The notes beneath the pieces were generated by a model. It saw only the letters and a program-made list of their open reading frames with translations, ran no database searches and was not told where the DNA came from. Made by a program: the position numbers and the translations under genes. A stretch of DNA of 64,000 nt from Callorhinchus milii. Lineage: Eukaryota. Where the stretch lies: positions 97,032,001-97,096,000 of the forward strand of contig NW_024704742.1 in NCBI RefSeq assembly GCF_018977255.1, given 5' to 3'. Positions 1 to 13,867 of this stretch are shown one piece after another. Position 1 is the first letter of the stretch, and every line of letters begins with the position of its first letter.

Positions 1-2249
1 TGAAGTCATTAAATAATCAAATAGATATATATATAAAATATTATACATTGCAAAAAATTATAATTACATAAATGTTAAACCATTCAATTTTTATGAGAAT
101 TAAAAAATATATCATTATAACAATTGGAGATGCTGAAACTTGAGGCCGGATACTTTCACAGAGAGAGAGGCAAAAAGGAAAGTGTGTTGCTTTGAGCTTG
201 TCGACTTTGTAGCTGGTTACAAAATAGTATTTGTGAAGATTGGGAGCATGCATTGTCTCTTGTCCTTTTATCCCTAAATGTGCTGTGCGTGGAGAATTAG
301 GAGAGAAGGGGAGGGAAAATGTGTCAGATGTGAAAGTCTTTGTTTTGGGTGGTGTTCGTAATGTGAGTTACTAGTTGGGGTTTGGGGTAATGCTGATATT
401 TAAAATTTACCATTTGATATAAATTTTGTGGGGGAAGAGGGAGCAATTCCATTGTATTAGATCGGTTACTGATTCCCTGATGATGATCCAATATGTAAAG
501 ACACTCACTGTTGGGTCAATACAGTTTCAGACCATGCAAGTTGAAGGATCAAATCCTGGTCTGTGCTGATGTCCTGCAGAGAGGTGGGGAGAGCAATAAC
601 TGGTCTCGTGCCCATGGACGAGGGAAAGGAGAATCTGCCAGATTTCCTGCTTCTGATCACTCGGTGCTGAGCCCTATTGGAGAGGACACGTTGGACACTG
701 AGACATTCGGCTTGGCTGTGATGTTGCACAAGGTCAAAAAGCTTGTACAGATTTCAGTGTCAAAGCAAGGCTGGAACAGTGGCCACCAATGGTTAAGTGT
801 GAATATATACAATTATATTCTGTTACATTAGAGCTCCTTTGTGCGGGGAAAGATGTATCTAATCTTAAATTGGACAGTAACTGGAGGAAAATAAAGTTTC
901 AAAAGAACACAAGTTCTTTTAAGCTTCATGAATCACTGCATTCCAACACAATTATTAAGATGTATTAAATTGCAGGAGGAAATTGAGTTTTACTCTTCAA
1001 TTTAGAATAAATTAGAGAGCTTTAATAAATAAATATGTCGGAGACTAGAGAAGCCCAGAAAAGTTCCAGAAAAAAGACCAGAAAAGTTATATAATTGTGT
1101 ATTGTGTAGTTGTAAATTGGGTAGTTAGGTTTTTTTTTAGAATTTTGTTAGTGGTTACTTTGGTGTGGTTAACATCCAATGGTATTTTCTATGTATTCAA
1201 TTTCTGCCTTTCATGTTTGGAACAATGTTTCTGGTAATTTATCCACATATTGTATATACTCTGAGATTGCAGTTCAGTGTTGCACTTCTCTTTCATACCC
1301 TTATTTCACAAAGTTACTTAATTCAGTTTTTAATTTGGCAGTACTGTGAGCATCCATCAGCACCCTACGTATTGTTCATTCAACACACTACATTCAACAC
1401 TTTACATATAAAGTAGTTGACTCTAAACTATCTGTTCACCTCCAATACCTTTAGGATCTAAAATACTTAAAAATAAAATTTCCCCTGACCTTTCTGTTCT
1501 TCAATGTGGATATTCTCAGCTTCCCTACACTCTCTTTGTAAGTCAGTCACTATTTCCAGTAGCTCTTCCTGTTCCATCTCCGGTTCCAAGTTGTCCTTGG
1601 TGTCATTTGGCAGCCAGAATTGGGCATCTTCCTCCCAGTGGGACTGGTCCAGTGTCCTGTACAAACTTAATGTTTGTAGAAATTGTGATTTAACAACATC
1701 AAGGATTGGTCTGGGGAAAGATTTTGACCTGTGGACCTTGAGCCCACAGCACGTGAGGCCTAAAGGAATTCATCTGAATTGTGCAGCTGCAGCGCTCAGT
1801 CCTCCTCGATGGGTATATTAATGAAAAAGTCCAAAAGGGAAGTGCCATCAAATGCAAAGGATTTTTTCCTTTTTCAGGCAGTGCACATCTATGTTGCAGT
1901 ACGTTGTGCCAGATCCCTTTTATAAACTTCTGTAAAATGTGTATTTGATGATTTACCCCATTCTCGCCAACACCTCGGGAGAGCTGACTGTTTAGTCTAG
2001 CTGGGGAAAGATGAATGATAAAATAGTTTCAGAAGATTTTTGTGGTGCAATTCAAATGCCCTCCCACTCCTTGTCTTCCTCCCTGCACTTATTAGTGATA
2101 AATGAGTTTGTGTGTTTTAGGGGAGTTCCGTTAGCATGTGCCCTATCCAAAAATGGGTTCTCTTCGAGTGCATATCGACTGTGGACCCACACTAAACCGG
2201 AATGTGGTACACCCAGCTTCTGGTGCTGACTAACTGGTTTCCCACGCTA

Positions 2250-2434
2250 AAAAATGGCTGACTTCCGAGTCAGATGTTGCTTTCTACATACTCCACATGC
2301 AAACTATTGCAGGAAGCACCCATTTACATCACTTTGCAAAGGAAATAATGTCAGTGGTATGTCATGTGCATAATGTGCATCCATCCAATGTACAGGAAGT
2401 GACATTGGCAATGACGTGGAAGTCAGCCATTTTT
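2250..2434. repeat. Perfect 17-bp inverted repeat bracketing ~150 bp
   Basis: aaaaatggctgacttcc (2250-2266) / ggaagtcagccattttt (2418-2434). Confidence 0.7.
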
Positions 2435-3169
2435 GCGCACTTTGTTATGAAGCAGACAATGAGATATTAGATCCAGTTCACCACATGATAACAGATTTGC
2501 CCAGTCTTTGGTAATTGTTCCATTGATACAGGATGTAGATTACTTTTAATGTGTTAAAGTTGTTATGCAATACATAGGGTTCATGTGCATTATGATTCAA
2601 TTATGTTATGTCATGTTTCATGTCATTTATGGCTTATGAGTGTTTTTTTAAGCTTTGCTTCCACACATTGTAAAGTAAGTTTTACTGAGATGGATGTACA
2701 TGGTGCTGCTGTTGGAATAACCTTGATAAATTTGGTCTGATACACAGAGAGGTGTCTGTTTTTCCAGAACCAGCAGAACGTGCAGTGGTTAGTAGTTGCA
2801 TCACAAGACCAAAGATCATGGCAGATAGAGAACACGTCTATCCACTGTTCTGTCAACTGACTGTGCATGTTAATCTTGGATGTTAACTGTTATTTGGAGT
2901 TTTGGTTGAGAAGTTGTTTTTTTATAAGTTCAAATGTCAAGGAACTTGTTGTTTTATTCATGTCTCGCTCTGTCAAAGAACGTTTTGATAAAAGTGTGGG
3001 AGAAAATTAAAATGTTGCAATGAGATTTAGGGTCCACGTGGATAATGTCTTCTTATCTGTGGAGAGTTTAAAAATGTCTTTTTTCAATTATCCAATAACA
3101 CATGCTTGCCTGGGTATAACTTTATGAGACAATTTTCTCTTGTTCTTCCTCCAAGTGGCAATTATTTGT

Positions 3170-3400
3170 GTGAGCCTAGACAATGAGGCTTCAAAGGTAG
3201 GGAGGAAGGTGGCGAGGAGGAAGGACTCTGGGATGGAGTTTCTGGAGCGTGGGTCAGAATGTCTGAAGGCTCACCAGCCTCGCCCCGACTTTGGGGTGGG
3301 TCGGGTGGGGGACATGGAGCACTCCCTCTCTTATCAGGTCAGCAAGGTTGCAGGAGGTCACAGAGATAGGGTGCTGCGAGTTCGTGGAGAGAATCCTTCA
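3170..3400 (-). mobile_element. Highly degenerate L2 3' fragment
   Basis: gggatggagttctggagcgtggg..ctgaaggctcaccagcc is homologous to the L2 3' region. Confidence 0.6.
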
Positions 3401-4128
3401 GGGTGAGAGAAAAATTTGGAGAAAAAGAGATTCTTAATCCTTGTAAGTCATCTTAACAATTCACAAGACTCTTCCTTTGTCTAATTCTTTCTCCATGTAT
3501 TTGAAAATTTGAGAGAAATGAAGTACTCAAAGGGTTAAAGAGAAAAATGCTTGTTTTTCACAAGGCTGTCCAAATTATTTTTGTGGTGTATTTGAAACAT
3601 TACAAAAAATGTTGCTTTCAGATCACATCAGGTTCTTCTTAATGTTTCCTGGCCAGGGTTTGTCTTGTCTTCTCTGTGGTGTATCAAGCTGGCAAATCAT
3701 TGTAGTGCCTGTGTGACTGCATTTCTGACAGAGGTGTGCGCACTGTGATTGATGCATTATTGGGTGATACCATTAGACTTCAAATGCATGGACTGACTCT
3801 CACTTGTACTGCATTTTGAATGTCTTGATTGTTACAGATGGAGGAATGCGCTCTTTGACTGGTCCCACACTTGCCATTAAATGCGTTCATCTCTAATCCA
3901 TGATTTTTACAATTGCATGAGTTCATTCATCATTTATCTAAATACAGAAACTGTACATCATTTGTTTAAATGTGCAGAGTAATGGAATGTACTCTTCCAT
4001 TCCAAATTAATCTTTTGTCTTTCTTTTCCTGCCTGAAGATTTAAAACTGGGTGCAGTTCCACTCTACCTCACCCAATTACCGACTGTAACTCTTGTTAGC
4101 CTGGATAGTGTGTAATCAGGTTACTCCC

Positions 4129-4228
4129 AGAGGGAAGAGGTAAGGGAGGAGGGAAGGGGGTGGAGGGTTAGAGGGAGGGAAGAGGGGGAAGGGGAGGAGG
4201 AGAAGTGTTAGAGGGAATGGTGGGGGGA
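4129..4228. repeat. Purine-rich (GA) low-complexity tract
   Basis: agggaagagg..ggagggaagggggtggagggttagagggaggg. Confidence 0.8.
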
Positions 4229-6139
4229 GTCTGTAAGATCATCAAAGTGGAGGCCAACCTTGCTCTTACCTATGCCTGACATGCTGTCTGACATGCAGAC
4301 ACTCCACAAGTTCACAAGGTGAGTTCGGATGAAGAAGGCCCTTTAGTCCATTTGATCTCATTCATTGGGATTCCCACCCTACGGTTATCCCATCAGAGCA
4401 TCAAGCTGTTTTTTAAACAGTGTCCTGGCCTCCAAACCACCCTTCTTGACAACCTGATGGCAAAGTAATGTGGTTTATCTAGTTCCCCTTCATGAATACT
4501 CCCACCATTATAAGCTGGTAGCTTTTGTTAATACCTACATTTGTTGAAAATAATTATTCCAAGCTAATTGTTATTACACATTGTTCAACATTACAATTTA
4601 ACTGGAGTTTGTTAATCTTCTGAGCTCTTACCAATAGTGCTAATAAATTAAACTTTTCAAGGAGCTCACCCCAGTCTTATTCATATTCTTTCCAAACTTG
4701 TAACTGACTGGAAAGTGTGAGTACATTACCCTAACGGCACCCCTGACACAGAGCCTGAAGTTCATGAAGAGATCTGTGGATCCTGAAAGAGGGCATTGTA
4801 CTTGCGAAGTACTGATACAACTAAACAGAGTTCAGCAGCTTTTGGCCTGAAAATATGTTTAATTTAAATAAAGGAGCTCTGAAAAACTTACCAGTGCAGA
4901 CACTCCAACTTCTACATTTAAAAAGCATTTGCCTCCACTCGCGGCACAGAAAATCAAAACTCTCCCATTTCACCGCTCAATCCTACATAGTCTTAAAACT
5001 TCTTGTACTGCACAATTTTGTTTCAGTATTCAAGTAAAATCTTTCAGTTTTGAAAGTCCCATCAGTCAGGTTGGCATCTCTTCTGGTTTGGGAGTTGGGG
5101 AGAGTGTGTTTGAATCTGGAAGTAATTTTGCTATCCCAGTATAATATATATGGAACCGTGGAGGAAATATTACGGTTTATCATTTCCAAATCAAAAGATT
5201 TGATTTCCAATTCAAAAGATTTGATTGGGCCAAAAGTATACAGATGTTAAAAGATCCCTTGACACTATTCCAAAAGAAAACAAAGTGTTACCCAGAGTCT
5301 TGCCCAAAAATCCCCCAGATACAATTATCCATTCACTTCATGGCTGTTTGTGAGACTGCTGAGTTTGCCTAAACAATACACAGTTACTACACTACACAGT
5401 AAAATCCTGCGAATCACTTTCAGATTCCCCCCCGCCCTCAAAGTTAAGGATTATTATTATCACTTCGCAGTAGAGTTGCTATGGGTCTACAAGATTTATT
5501 TCTGGTTACTGTAAAGGATTTCCATGGGTGTACCCATGGTACATATGCAGAAGTACGGCACGTGTAGTTTCTGGTACACAACCTCCAACTTCCTGTGCTA
5601 AAACATGGCAAACGTCTGGGATGTCAGGTTGCTGTCAACACATTTTCTGCAAGCAACTGATATGTGCCATGTGCAGGAAACACTGCTAATGTCACTTCTT
5701 GTGCTCTGTACTTCCAAAATCAGGTTACTTCAGCAGCATTTCTTGCACATATTAAATGTGTGCCGTAGACAGGAAAGGACTTCAGTGGTGACTTGACAAC
5801 TTGGAATTTGGCCATTTTTTGACAACTGTACTACAAGATGATTGCTGTGTATTAAGTTGGGAATGAAATTGAGTTTAAGTACAAAAGAGACAATCAAATG
5901 ATATATTGAACTTATTGACTCCAAAGTTGCTGGGGTTTAAAGTTAGATAAGTATTCCAGATATTCCTTCATTTACCTTTGAAAGAGGGTGGGGCAAACGT
6001 TTACAAGACTTCTTTGTGAAATAAACTGAAAATGGTAAAGCGCACCATATATATTCTGGAAAAGAGACGGACTCAACAGACGTCTTTGCATTCTTGTGTT
6101 GTGATTTGCATTCCAATAAACAGTTAATGTTTTAACAAT

Positions 6140-6285
6140 TAGTGTCCTGTCCTCTACCATCTTTCCTGGCAACCTGTTCCAGTCAATAATTACCGTGTGC
6201 GTAAAGAAAAGCTTCCTGGTATTTGGCCTGAAATTGCCTTTCACAACTTTAAACCTAGGTGCTTTTGTTCTACTGTCGTAACACC
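6140..6285 (-). mobile_element. CR1 ORF2 C-terminal fragment
   Basis: FRPNTRKLFFTHTVIIDWNRLP resembles the CR1 terminal FF..RV...WN.LP motif. Confidence 0.7.
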
Positions 6286-6924
6286 GAAAGCTAACGGGAC
6301 ACAACCAAGAGATTTGTGCAGCAGTTAACAGGTATTATGAGGGAGTCGATCACTGCTGCGAGATTCCAACAAACTAAAAGTTAAAAAATGTGGTTCCTGT
6401 ATTCAAGAAGGTGACAGAATCTTTCAGTAACAGAAAGGCAGTTTTGTTTTGATCAGGACAGAATCCAGTTTAAGCCTTGTGCTTGTGAATGTCACAGAAC
6501 AGGAATGACAACTGAATTAGTACTGTTGACTTATTATTTTAATTGCCAAAATCCGGGAGCAATGTCAAACCGGTATGTCTAGATTTTTAAAAAAAATTTA
6601 TCTTTGTAATACACCTTTGTACATTTTTGGGGGGCTGGTTACATGCTTCACATAAAAATAGCTATCTTAAATTTTCAGGCAGCCTAACATGCTTTGGAAG
6701 CTGAAGGACTGAGATCTTGAATGACTGATACCATCTGTTTGCAGAGAGGAGACTTATGAGTCAGTAAAATGTGTTGGTATCACAGTAGAACAGTATGCTA
6801 GATATATTGTGTTGCATCATTGCAGGTGGGGTCTCTATTTCCAGGACAACTTTATCCCCTTTGACAATTGGCATAATGATAGTTCCTTTGTTTGGTTACA
6901 TTTTTTAGTTAAAGGATATCATTG

Positions 6925-7160
6925 CTGATGTCAGACTGTCTCAGGTAATAGCACTGAGGCTTCTGAGTCAAAAGGATTTGGGTTCAAGTTCCATTCAGGA
7001 CTTTAAGCTTCCAGTCGAGGTTGTTGCTACAGTAGAATACAGGGGGAGCACTGCAATCTGCCTGTTCAGGTAAACATTAAAGATCTTGTGATTGTTTGAA
7101 AAGGAAAGGGATATTCTAACCAATAATTCTCCAGATAAAATTGGAGGTCGTTCTGCTGGC
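6925..7160 (+). mobile_element. DeuSINE-like copy
   Basis: tRNA-like head (tctgagtca..tgggttcaagttcc) plus ctgcctgttcaggtaaacattaaagatc. Confidence 0.65.
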
Positions 7161-10100
7161 TATTTGGATCTTTGCATTTGATATAATGCCTTATCCCGTC
7201 ATTGAGACATCTCAAAGCGCTTCATAGAATATTCTGTAAAGTAAATTGACTGTATATTTTGTGGGTGAAACGTGGCAGCAAATTGCACACAGCAGTGCTC
7301 CTAGTCTTGCTCCTATCCTTGCAAATATGCAGTGGCTAGGTTTGACAGCAAATACATTTCAACATTATAGGCACTATACAAAATGCAAGGATGATTATTA
7401 TTATTCCTGATAATGGATCACATTTCTCATTGTGCTTGTTGCTATCATAGGACAATCATAGGTAAAGTGCATCTTGTGCTGGGGGCACTTGTATGTGAAA
7501 TTATCTGCTTAGGAAAATTCAGTCCATGAGTTGGAGATGTCTTCCATTATCAGTATATGAAAATAAGATGCGCAGAGAATTTGATCAATCTCCAGTAGGT
7601 GTTTATTTAGTCAGGTGAGAAGGTGGATGCTTAATGGGAGTCAAGTGCTCTATATTAAGTGAAATTGCAAGGAAGGCTATAGGAGAGACTATCTTCATCT
7701 GCAGGACCTGTTAGCCATTGGTGATGGCTTTGGCAAACTCTGGAGCCCACCTTTCAGTAGAAGATGCAAATTTAGCAAAGGGGTTAATTTATTGTAGTGC
7801 CAGCTTCAGCTGAGGCCTGTCCAAGTCACCCTATAACTGCAAGGATTTGCCTCCCTTTACCCTCAATGGCTCTCCAGCCCAGCCCTGGGATCAGGGACTC
7901 AATGCTTGAGAGTAGAAGCCACATTCCATCATTCTTGAGTTTGTCACTAAAACTACTGTGCTGCTGAGCTGCTTCTTGAAGAAAGCTTTAAATTGAGTTG
8001 TCTGCTGCTTGACTACTGTTTAGTTCCCCAATTCCCCCACCCCCCACACCCACACCCTCCATGAAGAAGTCAATGTAATTTCTGGAATTGATACAGAAGT
8101 TTTCTCTGGTCTGTTTTTATTCTCACGTACCACCCTTCTGTTTCTGTGCTAAAGCCTTTGGTTATAACCTATAGGTTTTATATGAGCAATGTTACTGTAT
8201 GATCATGGAGTTTTGGATTTCTAAGAGGTTTTAGCAAGTATCCTGTTCAATTACAACAGCATCCCAATGAAACCTCCTCCCCACCCCTTTCCCCATTTGA
8301 TGTATGGGTATTTGTATATGAATAGGGGTGGGGAGGAAAAATGAGAGGTGAGATGAATGTGAAAACTATAACTGCATGATATTCTTCATTGTAACTGCCT
8401 TAATTCAGACTTTGCCTGTTGTATTTTCTTTTGGCAAACCCTCCACTAATAATAGGTAACGCTGCATTCTTGTTCCTTTTTTTTATAACAAATGTTTGCT
8501 GAGGAGACAAATGATTCTGCTCAAGTAGCAGTGCCAGGTTTTAACCTATATGTTTCGTGCAATTGTATTGATTGTTAATAATTAATAATAATCCTTATAT
8601 TTGGTATTGCACCACATCACATGTAAACGTCTCAAAGCACTTTTGAGAGTTTCCTGTAAAATCTGTGTATTTGTAGGAAATTGTTGTCTGGAGCATCTTT
8701 GTCTCAAGTTGTCCATAGCCCAGTACTATCTATCTCCATGGTCTAGTGTGGGAGGAATGCATCCTTTTATATTATTTCAGGCATCTGAACAACCGGTGAG
8801 GTATTTTTAAAAATCTGGAGCCATACCTCAGCACATTAGTTGTTAGGGGTGGGTATCAGCAGGGTCATTTTGTCTCTTTAGTATATGCCCTGTGTCTGTC
8901 TCAGAAATCTTTCCGTCACTCAATTCCCCCTCTCTTTTATACTGCAGCCATGTTGGGTATTGTTCTCAGCTTGCCATTTTGGATTCCCTCATTGCCCAGG
9001 GTCTATGTGGACTCCCCTACCACCATTATAAATATGAAGGTGATGGGTGATGCTGCAGTTATTCATGTTCAGTCTCTGGGATACTTTTCTGGTTTGATGT
9101 TGCCAATTTCATTAACCTTATGCTTAAACAATGTGCTAGTGATTTTATTTCTCTCTGGCTGCAATTCAATACATAGATAATGTTTTTTTTTAATAAATTC
9201 TTAAGCGCTTATTCCAATGTCTGCTTTAAGAAGTAGGCATCATTCTCTGCATCCAGAACACATTGACACTCAAAATGGGGACACCAGCATTTCGATTAGA
9301 TATTTAGAGCAAATGAGAACCCCTCCTGGATCCATTCTGGAGCTTCTGTATTACACATGCTGTTAAATGGGGATTTAATTTTAGATCTGAAATGTAGTGC
9401 GATTTTTCTCCTTAAGCTCTTTATAAGTCATTGCTATAATGAATGACTTGTTTCCAAAGCCATCATTGCCACTGTAATCCTTTTTAGCAGTTCTATGTCG
9501 AAAGCTAAATGTAACGGTGGAACATCTGCTCCAGTCGTTTGGGAAAGCCTTTCATCTCGGGTGCTGTGGATTATTTTTCAATGTTACAGAAGGTCCTTTC
9601 TGCATTGCTCTCTTTCGGAGCCAGTTGTACTGAGGCTTGTGTTACAGAGCATGCTTTGTATGCTTTCTCTATGAATAAGATCTTTTTTTAAAAAAGAAAA
9701 ATACCACAGTGTTGTGTTGTGGCTACTTCTTTATTAAATAAAGATCTGGAATTTGTATGAGGAGATTTGCACTCCAAAACAATTATAACTCATTCCATTT
9801 TTTTCACCCTTTCTTGTATAATGATTTCTTTCACCCTTTCTTGCATAATGATTTTCCAGGCATGTTATTGGGCAGCATTTATTTGTCAGAGAATTACTTT
9901 AGTTTTGTTACTGTAACATGGTAATCCAGCAGACTTTGAGTACAATCAAACCTTCACTCTTACTTGTCCCTCCCAATTCCCTGTATTCCCGCTCTTTACC
10001 TTTGTACTGGTGTAATCTGACTGCAGCTTTGTTAGGGTATCGGTTTCTAGTTTGCCATTGTAAATTTGGTGCTTTAACTTGGAGTCTAAACAAGCGAAGG

Positions 10101-10791
10101 TTTCTTTTCCGTGAAGAATCGCCATGCTTTTGGTAGCAGTGTGCTGTATGAAGGTGGGGTGGGGGTGGGGGCTGAGGTGGCAAAGCTTGGGCTGGAGCCC
10201 TGCTCATGACATCACCTGGTAGAGGTGGTTTCAATACCAGTATATTTCAATCCTCTGCTGTATAATCACAGTGTGCTCACTCCCAGATGGTCTCCCAGGA
10301 TACCCAAGCAATGGCTGAGAATTGTTTTTTCTTTGCTACTAAAGAGCCTATAATGCACCTGGCACGTAAATAGCTTTACAAAACTATTATTGTTCTGCAT
10401 CCGTGGTTTCAGACCCAGCACTGTAAACTGTGCCTTGGCAAATGTATGATAACTGGAGTAATAAACAAATCTGTTGCCATCTTTAATGGGTAGAAATGTG
10501 GCTGCTGAATGATTCAGGTTTATTTAAATGTTGAATAAGGCCTGCATGGTTCTGTCAGTGTATCCAACCTTTAATAGTTTCATGCAAATTTTCAGTGTAA
10601 TTTATTTAAATGAACCTGCGCTTCCAACAACACATGTTCACATCTACAGGTTATATATAATGGGATATGAAATGCCAGGAAATCTATGTGGAAAAGAGGA
10701 ACTAAGAATGACTTTTAAAATCCCCTTTTGGAAATTATTGCTTTCAAGAGCAAAAAAATCCATTTGCTTCTGTTCTAATAATTTGGTGCTA

Positions 10792-11090
10792 GGAGTCCCG
10801 TAGTGTAGTGGTTAGAGCACTTGCACCGCAAGCGAGAGGACCCGGGTCCGACTCCCGGGCAGGGGAAAATCTTAGGCAAGTTTCCTTTCTCCTCATGCCT
10901 CTGTTTACCTAACAGTAATTAGGAACCAAGTTGTTACTGAATTGGCAGGTAACATTCCAGGGTAATAATCCCTCAAAAAAAATTACTCAATTCATGACTG
11001 TTTGTGGGATACTGCTGTGCGCAATTGGCTGCCTCTTGTCCACAAAATACATAGTCAATCCACTTTATAATATAGTCTGTGAAGCACTTG
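10792..11090 (+). mobile_element. tRNA-derived SINE (3' tail missing)
   Basis: A box tagtgtagtgg and a B-box-like gggtccgactcc; body shared with the other copies. Confidence 0.85.
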
Positions 11091-11926
11091 GATCCCGTCA
11101 GCAACTTCTGATGGCATCAATCTACACGGATGCATTCTCCACTTCACAGAACCAGTAGGGAATCTCTGTATTCTATTTGACTCTCAACTGTCCTTTAAAC
11201 CCCACATCCTTGCCTTGATCTGTTCAGCCTTTCCCCACTGTTCAGATTATTAAGATAAAAATATTTCCAGATGTCATTTACATTAATATTAGAAAATACA
11301 GATGAATAGTAGTGAATTCTGCATGTGTATTGTCAGGAAATTCCAAAACTTTGTGAAATATCTGGCTCAAAGTTGATACAATATCCTGTTGCGTTTCTCA
11401 GATAACTTCCAGCATGAATGAAATAACCAGATTTATATTGTGCTCTTCAATTATCAAACTACCATTTTCAAGTTGATGTACTGTATTTCCTAATCCACGT
11501 TTAAGCCTTGCTTTAGTTGTCTGTTTGTGGGTAATGCTTGTGGTCAATTGTGAACTGGTTTGGTGGCTTTAATTTCCAGGATTTAGTTAACTGTTACTAT
11601 GCCTTTTCAGTATAAAATTGAGTTATTTATTAAAACAAAATGCTTTCACCTCTTTTAATTACATTCCATATCCAATTTGACTAAAATTCAAAATACCATG
11701 TTCTAGATTCGTTAAACATTTTTAATACAGTATTTTTTGGTTTTGTTGTGTATATAAAAAAAGTTGGGTTTGAAAGAATATGCAGACAGCAAACTGCAAA
11801 ATTGATTTTGTTTATTTAAAAAAAATTCTCTTTTAATTACATTTCATATCTCGAAACCTTTTTGGGGAAGTATCTCATACGAATTGCCTTGTGTGAGAAA
11901 TACTTAACATGTCTCTGAGAGCCATT

Positions 11927-12243
11927 GTGGAGTCCTGTCGCTCAGTGGTTACAGCACTCGCCTCTCAAATGAGAGACCTGGGTTCAATTCCCGGCAGGGC
12001 GAAACCTTGGCCAAGTTTCCTTACTCCACACGACTAATAATAATCTCTCAAGAAAAAAAACAATAATAAATTGGTCACTTCAATCCACGACTGTTTGTGG
12101 GACACTGCTGTGCGCAATTGGCTGCCGCATTTCGCCCACAAATATACAGTTAATACAATTTGCAGTATATTCTGTGAAGTGCTTTGAGACGTCTAGAAGA
12201 CATAATAAGGTGCTATGTCAAATGCAAGGATTATTATTATTAT
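11927..12243 (+). mobile_element. tRNA(Ala)-like SINE, full length
   Basis: gtggagtcctgtcgctcagtggtt..ctgggttcaattcccggc head and aaatgcaagg(att)n tail. Confidence 0.92.
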
Positions 12244-13044
12244 AATGTTAATGTGAAGAATGATGTTTAAATTGGATAAGCCAGTGAAATTTCTCATTAA
12301 TTAACTGAAGTTCATTCCTTTCGGACCTGTGTAGATGACGGTCACTGTTTATAGGGCAAGTGTCCTGACAATAAACCAAAACTGGTTGCTCATTTCATGA
12401 AGTTCGTCCACATTGGGGAGGTGGGTGGGCTTTAGGGTATCCCTGATGTTGGATTGTCTAGCGTCACTTACTTTGGGTGGAGTTTCGTGCTGCGCAATGA
12501 TATTTTGGGAGCAAAGTGTAGACTTGCATTGAACGCCTTGAATGGAAGGTGAGGTGGTATGTTCTCCAGAGAAGTGTGGGTATAAGAAGTTTAAGTGTGC
12601 AATTGTAGGTAATTCAAAGGTAATCCATTTGAGGGATTGTTTTGGTGCTGTATAAAGTGAAGTGGTGTGATCTAACATTAATGCTCAAATTCCAAATTAT
12701 TTTAAGTGTGGATTTGCAGTATTAATTAATGAATTAAGCTCTTTGAGATGCTGCCCCGTGTGAAGGGTGATATATTGTTGTAATTATAATGGTGTTGATA
12801 ATCCTTACAGCACCTTTCATGTCAGGAAAAGGCACAATGCGCTGCACAGGATACACTGTAAAGTGTAGTGATTATGTATCTTGTAGTCTTGCATTATATT
12901 ATTGTGTCAGTTTTCTTTCATTTCAAATGCAATTGAAATAAAAGCAGCATTTTGTGGGGAAAAACCCTCAAGAAATAGTATTACTGATACCTGCAAATTT
13001 TAAGCTTTGACTGTTCTCAAGCTTAGTGGAACAAAATACAAAAT

Positions 13045-13150
13045 ACTTCCAGTTCTGACGAAAGGTCATAGACCTGAAACGTTAACTAATTTTCCTCTCT
13101 TTATGGATGCTGCCTGACCTGCTGCGTGTTCCCAGCGACTTCCATGTTTA
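13045..13150 (+). mobile_element. Penelope-like element terminal fragment carrying the hammerhead motif
   Basis: The hammerhead motif is followed by ctctct...gatgctgcctgacctgctg...tcccagc, a segment I recognise as a common chondrichthyan PLE-derived repeat. A degenerate reverse copy lies at ~23485-23570. Confidence 0.6.
13051..13087 (+). ncRNA. Minimal type I hammerhead ribozyme motif (Penelope-like element type)
   Basis: agtt-CTGACGA-a-aggtc(ata)gacct-GAAAC-GTT-aact. Stem I is agtt/aact, the core is CUGANGA, stem II is aggtc/gacct, followed by GAAA and a loopless palindromic stem III (AACGTT) with a GUU cleavage triplet. Confidence 0.7.
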
Positions 13151-13867
13151 TACTTCCTATCATTTCTGTTTGAATAAATGATTTTATAAACAAAATGGTA
13201 ACTGCATTGTATCTATCCAATTCTGTTCTCTCCCCAGTAGGATTTGGGCTCACCAGGGTTCAGAACATACCTTTTTGGCCACATGTTTTATCATACATCC
13301 CCTCCCCACCTCCTCAAATTCCCCAACTCAGGTACCCAGCCGGCATTTGAGATATCCTCCTGACGTGAAGTGAGCTATATAAGTGTATATTATATTGTAA
13401 CATACCTATAACATTAAGTCTCATTAATGGCCCTAAAAGGTTGGACGACTATCAACAAAGCCAGCTGTCTTCCTGGCTTTTGCAGTCTGGTTGTAAAAGT
13501 GGGTAGAGAAGTACAATGTAAATAAAGTTAGAGAATTAATAGTCCAGGGTGTTTGTAGTGATCCATGTTGGTGATCCTGATTGGCATAAAAGTAGTTGTT
13601 TTTTTAGAATTGCACTGCACTTTGCACTTCCAAAGTATCACAGCCACCCGCGAGGATTCCTGTCTGGAAGAAACTCATTTTCCTATATATCTTCATCTTT
13701 CTAGATGGGGAGAAAAAACTTTGCATTGTAGTGATAATGATTAATTTTTCAAGTTACTGCTCAGCTCTAACTTGAGAAAAACTAGTTAGATTCAATTGTG
13801 TTCTTTTAGTCAGTTGGTTGTCTGACATGTGTGAAATCCATCACATTACTTAGAGTATCCATCAATA

